Source: Candidatus Binatia bacterium (GTDB taxonomy: Bacteria > Desulfobacterota > Binatia > HRBIN30). From it: a DNA stretch of 64,000 nucleotides. The notes beneath the pieces are model-generated. The model saw only the letters and a list, made by a program, of their open reading frames with translations, had not been told where the DNA came from and made no database searches. The translations under genes were made by a program, and so were the position numbers. The stretch covers positions 332,354 through 396,353 of the forward strand of contig JBBRSP010000003.1 of the NCBI GenBank assembly GCA_038245295.1, given 5' to 3'. Shown piece after piece: positions 1-8,800 of the stretch (position 1 is its first letter; each line of letters begins with the position of its first letter).

Positions 1-264
1 GGTCCATTTTCTCTGATTCATCGTTTGAAACTACGCAAACACCTCCGTCATACCGGCGAAAGCCGGGGTATCTCCCCATCGTGTTTGGCCTTCCACTCGA
101 GGAGATCCCGGCTTCCGCCGGGATGACGTTGCTTCATTTTGGTTTTACGACAGTCTCGAAAGCCGGGATCTCCTCAAGCGGAAGCCTGGAAAGGCCGGCG
201 AGATTCCGGCGTTCGCCGGAATGACGAATCCTCGCCGCCTCGGTTTTCAAATGAACCCATTACC
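1..264. mobile_element. Composite non-autonomous element (REP hairpins, nested GAGAC-ended unit 1-157, IS1-like right end); left end outside window or ambiguous
   Basis: Hairpins CCGGC-GAAA-GCCGG; ...TTTTACGACAGTCTC|GAAA at 157; terminus GACGAATCCTCGCCGCCTCGGTTTTCAAATGAACCCATTACC nearly identical to the 57873-57914 terminus. Confidence 0.8.
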
Positions 265-2065
265 AGGAGTCCCCGCTGCCGAAAATGCACTGACCGGGCG
301 GCGGGTGCCCGTGCAGTTTGCGCTGGTCTTGACGCCGCTCGGTTATGCGAGCCTCGGTTATGCAATCGTCAAACACGACCTGTGGGACATCGACCGCATC
401 GTGCGTCGCACCTTTGCCTACGTTTTGGTGAGCATGATCGTTCTGGCAGGGTATGCCGGACTTCTCGAAGCGTCTCTTCGTTGGATGCCGGCGATTGGAA
501 GTGAGGGGCAGACTCTCCTCGGAATGGGCTTCGTTCTGGCCCTTGCCGTGTTTCTCGATCCCTTGCGTGGCGCCGTGCAATCGGTCGTGGACTCGGCGTT
601 TTTTCGCCGACGGTTGGACTATCGTGCGACGATCCGTGAGCTGAGCGCGGTGATGACGACGTTGTTGGACCTGCGCGAGATCATCGCGCAGGTCACGCGC
701 GTCGTGACCGACGGCATGCAGCTCGAGTCGATGACCACCGGCCTGACGGCCGAGCATGGACGAAGTGTGGTGTGGCAACGCTCGGCAGAGGGGGAACTAC
801 AATCGAGCGACGCCGGGCGTGAGGTTGTAGCCCTGGCCGGTGCGGCGATTCAAGCGCCGATCGCGGACGTGCGCGCCGTGACGGGTCAGATCGATGATCC
901 CGTCGAGCGAGCGGCGGCGCAGGCTCTGATTGTCGCGACCCGGGCGCAGCTGGTGATTCCGGTGAGCTTTCAAGGAACGTCGATCGGCGTGCTGCTCCTC
1001 GGCTCGCGGCGCTCCGGCTTGCCGCTGGAATCAGAGGCGATTGATCTGCTGCGGACCCTCGCGGATCAGAGCGCCATTGCGGTCCAGAACGCCCACGCAC
1101 ACGCGGCGCTGGAGGCGCTGAATCGCGACCTCGATGCGCAGGTGCGGGTGCGTACCCGTGAGCTGCGCGAAGCATACGATGAGTTGAAGAGCGCCCAGGC
1201 GCAGCTCATCCAATCTGAAAAGATGGCGTCACTCGGTCAACTGGTGGCGGGAGTCGCACACGAGCTCAACAACCCGGCCAGTTTCTTGTACGCCGGCCTC
1301 GAGAACATCGAGGAAAGTGTCGGCCGTTTACGCACCGTGTTGCAGGCGTATGAGGCGATTCCGGTCAGCGACCCGGCTGTGCGGGCTCACCTCGACGATG
1401 TTCGCGAGCGCGAACAACTCGCCTCCGTTTTGCAGGAACTTCCGGGGTTACTGAGTATCAGTGGGGAAGGGTTGGATCGGATCAAACGCATCGTCGACGA
1501 CCTGCGCGTCTTCGCGCGCGCCGATAGCGGCGAGCGCGTTCGCACGGACGTCGTGAAAGGGATCGAAGCCAGTTTGCGACTCCTGGGAAATCAGCTGTCG
1601 CGATCGCGCATCCGGGTTGTGGTGGAAGCCGAGCCGCAGCTGCCCACTATCGAGGCCAATGCGTCACAGCTCAATCAGGTCTGGATGAATCTGTTGTCGA
1701 ACGCCATTGATGCCGTGTCGGAACGCCGCGAGCCCGAGATTCGGGTCGGCGTCCGGCTTATCGCTGTGCAAGATTCGGCGCGCGTGCTGGAGGTGGAGAT
1801 CAAGGACAATGGGCGTGGCGTCGAGGCGACTCATCTACGGCGCTTGTTCGAGCCGTTCTTTACTACGAAGCCGATTGGTCAAGGCACCGGGCTCGGCCTC
1901 AGCATCGCGTACGGCGCTGTCAAAGCGCATGGCGGGACGATTGAGATCGAGAGTGAACCGGGCGGCGGGACCCGCGTCAGCGTGCGGCTCCCCGCCGAAG
2001 AGCCGACGCCACCCCCCACGCCAGAGGCGAGAAGGGTGGCGGAAGCGGTTAGGCGTGAAGCCTAG
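221..2065 (+). CDS. Membrane sensor histidine kinase (TM helices, GAF, HisKA, HATPase); N-terminus probably truncated by the repeat element
   Basis: EKMASLGQLVAGVAHELNNP H-box, NLLSNA N-box, DNGRG, FTTK, GTGLGL; the ATG lies inside the repeat and this frame has a stop at 14-16. Confidence 0.85.
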   Translation: MTNPRRLGFQMNPLPGVPAAENALTGRRVPVQFALVLTPLGYASLGYAIVKHDLWDIDRIVRRTFAYVLVSMIVLAGYAGLLEASLRWMPAIGSEGQTLLGMGFVLALAVFLDPLRGAVQSVVDSAFFRRRLDYRATIRELSAVMTTLLDLREIIAQVTRVVTDGMQLESMTTGLTAEHGRSVVWQRSAEGELQSSDAGREVVALAGAAIQAPIADVRAVTGQIDDPVERAAAQALIVATRAQLVIPVSFQGTSIGVLLLGSRRSGLPLESEAIDLLRTLADQSAIAVQNAHAHAALEALNRDLDAQVRVRTRELREAYDELKSAQAQLIQSEKMASLGQLVAGVAHELNNPASFLYAGLENIEESVGRLRTVLQAYEAIPVSDPAVRAHLDDVREREQLASVLQELPGLLSISGEGLDRIKRIVDDLRVFARADSGERVRTDVVKGIEASLRLLGNQLSRSRIRVVVEAEPQLPTIEANASQLNQVWMNLLSNAIDAVSERREPEIRVGVRLIAVQDSARVLEVEIKDNGRGVEATHLRRLFEPFFTTKPIGQGTGLGLSIAYGAVKAHGGTIEIESEPGGGTRVSVRLPAEEPTPPPTPEARRVAEAVRREA

Positions 2066-2553
2066 CGACAAGCGGTTCCGACGTTGGCCCAGTCGCCGTC
2101 GGCACACAGGAACGTCACGCCGGCTTTACAAACGGTCGAGTTGCTGGCGACGGTGACGTCGTTGAGCATGCACGTACGCGTGCCGCCGACGGCTCGCATC
2201 GGCACATCACCGACGGTACACGTCAGGCCGGTACTGATCCAAGCACCGTCGTCACAGCGCTTCTGCGTGCCAGCCTGGCAGCTCGATGAACCCGGCGAGT
2301 AGCTGATGCCGGAGAGGATACAGGCTGGGGCGATAGCCTTGGCGGAGACATCGTCGCAGGCGCGGCTGAGCGATTCCCACTTGCCGTCGTCACAGCGGTG
2401 CAGTGTGCCTGCCTGGCACATGCTGCCACCGTCGGAGGAGGTGCTTCCCTTGTATACGCAGGAGCTACCCGCCATCGCACTCGTGCAGGCGGTGCTGCTG
2501 ATCGTCAAGGCGGCTGCGAGGACCAAGCCTCGGATTCCCAGTGTCTTCATCAT
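2062..2553 (-). CDS. Secreted Cys-rich protein with three tandem DUF1496-like repeats
   Basis: AAGGAG RBS, signal peptide, three repeats of C..(Y)..S.G.S.C.AG...C.DG.W. Confidence 0.7.
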   Translation of the reverse strand: MMKTLGIRGLVLAAALTISSTACTSAMAGSSCVYKGSTSSDGGSMCQAGTLHRCDDGKWESLSRACDDVSAKAIAPACILSGISYSPGSSSCQAGTQKRCDDGAWISTGLTCTVGDVPMRAVGGTRTCMLNDVTVASNSTVCKAGVTFLCADGDWANVGTACR

Positions 2554-2780
2554 GATGCGTCTCCTTTTGCTCTGTTGACCGGCGTCCGCGGCAACCGTTG
2601 CCGTGTTGGCGGAGTCAGTGACCGCGCCCGCGAATTCCAATGGATGCGTGTGCCGGTCGTTTGGTTGCTGGTGTTGTAACTACGCGAGTCGGGGAGGCGG
2701 CGTAATCTCGGAGTACTACGCGCGTGGTTCTACGGCAGCTTCAACTCGGCATCAGCGTGCGCTGCCCATCTAGAACGAAC

Positions 2781-2823
2781 CACTCCCCCAGCCTGCAGTG
2801 CAGGCGTGGGGGACTGGGGAGTG
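2781..2823. terminator. Imperfect hairpin downstream of the adhesin gene
   Basis: CACTCCCC...GGGGAGTG inverted repeat. Confidence 0.35.
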
Positions 2824-2859
2824 CAATCAGTGTGGGTGAGAGCCGAGCGAAGCGGTGTC

Positions 2860-5800
2860 TCACCTGCACTGGAGCGTTGTCGTGGTGATGCCCGTGCGCA
2901 GCTGGCAGACGGAGAATAGAATATCCAACACGTAGCCGTCGCTGTCCGCCACGCGTACCCGAAGGGGCGCCGTCAACGTCGGCGCTTCCGGCGTCGGGAG
3001 CTTGAAGTTGATCTTCCCACGCAGCGTGGTGATGCCGTCCCGCCCGTAGACGAAGTGCATGCGATCGACGTGGACGACGTCATCATTGGTAAAGCAGTAC
3101 GAGTCCACCCCGCCCGGGCAGGATCCCTGATTCAGCGGAAGTAGCTCCAGGGTCTCCTCCAGCGTACCGCCCTGGCTGTCGCTGATCGTCAGGGTGACAG
3201 GCGCGATCGTCATCGGGCCGGTCCAAGATGTGTCGAAGCAGCCTGGTGGCGCGACGCATCGGGTCGCCGAGAAGATGACCTTGGCATGGAGCGGATCTCG
3301 GTTTGACCACAGCAACTTGAACTTCCGGTTGCCTCCACACGGCTCCGGGGTTCCGGGCGGCCGTCGGGTGCGCGTCGGGGGTGGGGTGAATGTCGATGCC
3401 CGGGTTGGGGTACTGCGGACTCCCGTTGGGGTACGTGTGGGAATCGGCGTCACGTCGGTTCCGGGGCGGGTGCGCGTCGGCGTCGCTGAAGGCACGGGTG
3501 TGAGCGGGGTGGCCGTCGGTGTCGGGCCAACACCGGAAACGGACGTTGGATCGGTCGCCGTGTTGTTCGAGATGTTCCCGTCGCCATCCGTCGTCACGCT
3601 CGCCACATTGATAGAGATCGGCGACGCCGAGCTGTCGACGCGGACGACGAGCAGGATGGAGCTGATGGAGCCCGGGGGCAACGGTGCCGTGCGTACGCAC
3701 GTCATGGTCTGCGATGCGCCCGAGCACGCGAAAGCTCCACCGCTGGCCGACACGTAAGAGAATCCCGTTGGTAAGGTGTCGATTACCGTTATGGTGCCGG
3801 TCGTCGCGAGGCTGCCGACGTTGGTCACGGTCAGGGTGTAGGTTCCGTTCTGCCCTGGTGCGAATGTCCCGGAATGCTGCTTCCGGATGGCCAAGTCGAT
3901 CGCCAGGGCCTGTATTGTGTAGGCGGTGCTGTCGGTGGCTGTGTTGCCGACTCGATCAGTGACCGTCGCCGTATTGGTGATGCGGGTACCGGCGGCGACG
4001 GCGTTGTCGATATCGACGTCAAACGTGACCGTTGCCACCTGGCCGGCTGCCATCGTGCCGAGGTTTACCGAGACGGGAGACTCCGAGACCACGGCGCCCT
4101 GACTCGTGATCACGCTGCCCGGCACGATCGTCGTGTTCGCCGGAGCTGGATCGGTGAGGAAGACGTCGATGGCCATCGCCGAGCCGGTGTTCTGCACCGT
4201 CATCTTGTAGCGCACGCGCTCGCCACCATTCGGACCGCCGCTGTTGTTGTTGTCGCCGATCAGTTGATAGGTCTTGTCGAGAATCAGTCGCGGTGTGCCA
4301 ACCGAACCCGGCGGCAGGGAGTCGATGCACGTTGGCTGCACGCCGTCCGCGATGCTGGGGTTGTTGTCTGTGAGACTTGGGCTGGTCTGTAGCGAGTCAC
4401 CACTGCCCTGGTTGCAGATAGTCCCGGTCCCGGTGACTGTGCCGATCACCGTGATCGTGACCGACGCGTTCGGCAGCAGAGTGCCAATGTCGCCGATGAA
4501 GATCGTGTTCGAGGGGGGCGGCGCTGTTCCCTGTGTAGTGCTGATTGCGGTCACGGCGATACTCGACGGCACGGTGTCGTTGAAGACGACGTTAGTAAGT
4601 ATCGACGCGCCGGTATTCTTAAGCGTGATGAGATAACGAATCACGTCGCCCGGATTGATCGTGCCGACGGGTGGAACCGTGTCACTGACAATTTCGACAT
4701 ACTTTTCGGCACGCAGGCGGTGCGCCGGGATCCCCTGGCCGGTGATGACGTCGGTGGGCTGGTCGCCGTTCTTGTCGTTGCCGTCCACGTCGGTGGGCTC
4801 CGGCACGGTCTGGTTCGAATCGACGCTGCCCTGGTTCGAAATCACGACGCCATGGGCCGTCCCGGCGAGGACGCGAGCCTCGAACGTAATGCTGACGGTC
4901 TGACCGGTGGTCATCGACCCGACATTGACGCGCAACGTCGGGCGACCGGAGTCGTTGGTCGTTCCTTGCGTTGAGGACAGAGTGCCGTTCACGTATGTCG
5001 TTTGGATCGGCACTGTATCGGTAAACACTACGCCGGTTACCGGGGCGGACGTGTTTATGAGCGTCACGGTGTACTGAAGGATGTCGCCCGGGTAGACCTC
5101 GCCGCCGTTCAGGTCGATGACGGTCTTGGTCGCGTCGATGAAGGCATTCTCGTTTGGAGTGACGGTGGCGCTGCTGCCGCTCGTGTAGTCGTTTAGCCCG
5201 CCTATACCGTCCCCGCCGTTGCGTCCGTTGTCCGGCGCTCCGGTCGCCCCAGGTATGCCTGCCCAGGTCAGCGCGACGTTGTTGGTGAGCGGCGCCCCAA
5301 TCTGTGCTCCCAGATCGATGGTTGCCTGGTAGGTGAACGTGGTGTTGCCGGCGAGCAGTGTCAGGGCCGAAATGCGGAACTGCAGGTTCTGTCCAGCCGC
5401 CGTTACGTCGGCCGCGGGCAACGTCGCCGAACCGGGTACGTAGGTGAGCCCGGGGGGCAGGACATCGTTCAATACGAGATCGTATGCATCCGCCGTGCTG
5501 CTCGGCGCATGGCGGACTTGCACCGTGTAGGTGACGATGTCGCCAAGCGACTGTGAGACCGGATCGGCACTTTTCAGGACTTCAAGGACGGGCTCGATGA
5601 GGCTGATCGGCACGCCTTGGAAGCCCGGGGTGCCGGCGTCATGGTCGAAGTTGAGAGTGGTGGAGCCGTACTGCACGGTGAGCGATGAGCCATTAGCCTG
5701 CTCGCCGTTGCGTAGAATCGTACCGCTCTGGTTCGCCAGGATGTTGTCGACGCGGGCCGTCAGCGTAATTGCGACGAAGTCGTCACTCGAGCTGGAATTG

Positions 5801-8800
5801 CCGGGATCAATGACGTTGCCGAAGTTGAACTGCACCGTTTGGCCGCTTCCCAGTCTCGTGTTGTAGCTGGCGTTGCCGGCCGTCATGCCCAGGTTGCCGA
5901 ACGCGATGCTGTGACTGACGTATGTTAGCCCGGCCGGCAGGACATCGGTGACAATCATCCCCGGGGTCGTACCTTCAACCACGGAGACACGGATATTGTA
6001 GGAGACATTCTGGCCGACCGTATACACGGAAGGCGATACGGTCTTGTCGATGGCGATAGGCGCAGCGATCGTTAGCGCCTGGCTCGCCTGTTCGGCGTAA
6101 TTGTTCAGCGTCGTATTATTGTCGTCGTCGACGGTCGCCGGGCCGCTGCTGTTGTCGCGCCCACCGCCTACCAGACTTGTGTAGTTTGCACGCGTCGCGT
6201 TGTTTAACACCTGGCCCGGGACGACCGTGTTCATGACGACGGAATCGAAATCGATCTGGAGTGTGGTCCCAGGGGCCATCTGCAACAGCGGCAGGGACAC
6301 AGTGTCATTGGTGTTGCTGGTTGTTGAGACGATGGAGTGGGTCGAGTTTACCGGAGTATTGGTAGCGTTGAGAAATACGTTGCCGCCGCTCGGCGTCACG
6401 ACGACGTTGCTGAGCTGGTAGAGGCCATTCGGCATCACGTCATTCCAGTTCAGGCGGTACGCTGTCGTGTGCCCGACGTTCTGTAGAATGACTCGCCAGC
6501 TCACCGTATCGCCGGCGTCGGCATTCGTCGCGCCGGCAAGCACCTGCTTTTGCATCTCGAGATTCGGTTCCCCGACACGCACCGGCAGATCGTTGGTCAC
6601 AGGACCAAGGGCGATCGGCGTCCCCGTCGCGGCATTGACGAAGTTCAGGCTCGCCGTGTTGGGGAGGTAGATGTTGTCCTGGTTGCCAATCACGTTTCGA
6701 ACGGTCGTCGTATACGCAATCTGGATGTTGCCGGCCGTCGGCACGGTGATGTTGCCGAAGTTGAACGTCAGGTTGTTCCCCACCAGGGTGAAGAAGGCGG
6801 CATTGCCCTCGGAGAGCGGCGCGTTTGCCGCCACCGCACCAACCGGTAGGGTGACGACCAGGGAGCCGGCATTGAAGCTCAACCCGGCGGGTAGGACGTC
6901 GGTGATGACGAAGTTGCTTGCGGAGCCAACCGGCGCGCCGACCGAGATACGAAATTGCGGCGTTTCCCCGATGGCATAGTACGGTTGCGGGTTCAGTGTC
7001 GTCTTAGTCAGCGTCGGCACGCCGACGGTCACAGCGGCCGGATCCGAGGCGGTTAGATCGTTGGCCCCGCCGGTGGCTGTGCGCTCTCCGGTTGTCGACC
7101 CCGGGGCACCTGGCGTTGCGTTGCCGGTGCCGTTCGAGCCAGGGAGACTCGACGCATTGACGGTGGCGATGTTGGGCACCGTCTGCCCGAATTGCGCCAG
7201 CGGCCCGAGAACGGCGGTGTACGTGATGGTCACCGACTCGCCCGGATCGAGTTGGTCGATCGTCCCGCTCAGGAGGTTGCCGACGAAGGCCGCGCCGGCC
7301 GTTGCCCCTGTGGCCCCGACGTTGACGCTGGTTACCAGCGGCGAGACGTATTGTACGGGTAGGGTGTCGCTGATCGTCCAGTCGAACCCACTAGCTGCAT
7401 TGGTGCCGCTGGCGGAATTAGTGACCACCAACGTGAAAGCAATCGTGTCCCCGCCGGTCGCCGATGTCGGGTTGGCGGTCTTGTCGACGCTCACTACCGG
7501 CTCGGCAATGTGGGTAAGGCGGGGGGTGGAGTCGACTTGTTGACTGACTCCGCCGGCGTTGAGGAAATGCAGACGTCCAATGTTGGACAGCGACGTGCCG
7601 GCATTGTTGGTGACGCTGTTGTCAACCACGACGCGCAGGGTGAGCAAGTACTGTTCGGCCGTCGTGTTGTCCATGTCGGCGTTCACGACATTGCCCAAAG
7701 TCAAACTAACCTCGCCCGTACTGCCCGTCAGCGTCACCGCCACAGGGCTCCCCGGCGAATTCGAGTTGATCGATCCAGGATCTGCGGCGCTGGTTAGAAG
7801 CAGCGAAGTACGGTCGAGCCTCGCCGAACCGGACACCAAGGTTGTGCCGGCTGGCAGAACGTCCGCCAAGATGACCCCATTCGTTATTCCTTCGGGGACG
7901 GTGAAGGTGACGCGGTAGGTTACTACCTCACCGATGGCGACAGGCGGGTTGCCGTTGATCCCCAGGTCGCCCGGGTCGGTTGAGTTCTCCGACGTGGCAA
8001 CGATGCTCTTGCTCACCCCGGCGTTGGGGATCGACACGTTGGCGCTGCCGGCATTGGTCGTCGCGCGTTGCTGCGCCACGACCCCGCTCTGACTGTCACC
8101 GGTCACCGACGCGGTGTTCTGGTAGGTGGTGCCCGTCACGACATCCGGACGTACTCGCGCCGTGAATGTGAACGAACGCGAGCCTCCCGGCGCAATGAAT
8201 GACGCCGGCAACATCGCGTAGGTGACTGTCGGGCTGGCGTAGCTAAACGCGAAGTCGACGGGTGTCGAACCGGCGTTGACCGAGACGACCGGCGTCAGAT
8301 CGAAAAGGCTGGACGGCAGGGGGTCGGCCAGGACAACATCGTACGCGGGAGCCGTTCCCGTATTGTTGGCAACGAGGGTGATCGTGACCACGTCGCCCGC
8401 ATCGGGATTCGCCGGCGCCATGGCCTTCGACAGCGTCAATCGCGGTTGCAGAAACGTGGTCGAGGCCGTCGAACTGAGCGGACCGCCTGGGTTCCCGGTA
8501 AAGTTGAGACGTCCCGTATTGGTCTTGGTCTGAGCCGGTATGCCGTTGTTCTGTGCCGTATCTAGGACCAGGGCCTGCAGCGTTACGGTGAAGGTATTGG
8601 TCGCGCCGTTGTTGTCGGCGGTGACATCGGTCGTCCCGAAGGTCAGAGTAATCGTCTGGCCTGTCGCCGGAGCACCGGCGACGCCGACCGTCGGGGCCAA
8701 ATTGAGAGACCCGTTAAATGTCCCCGGCAGGACCAGGACTGAACCGGGGATGAACTGGAAGCCCGTTGGCAGGATGTCGCTCAGGACGAGGCCTGGAGTG

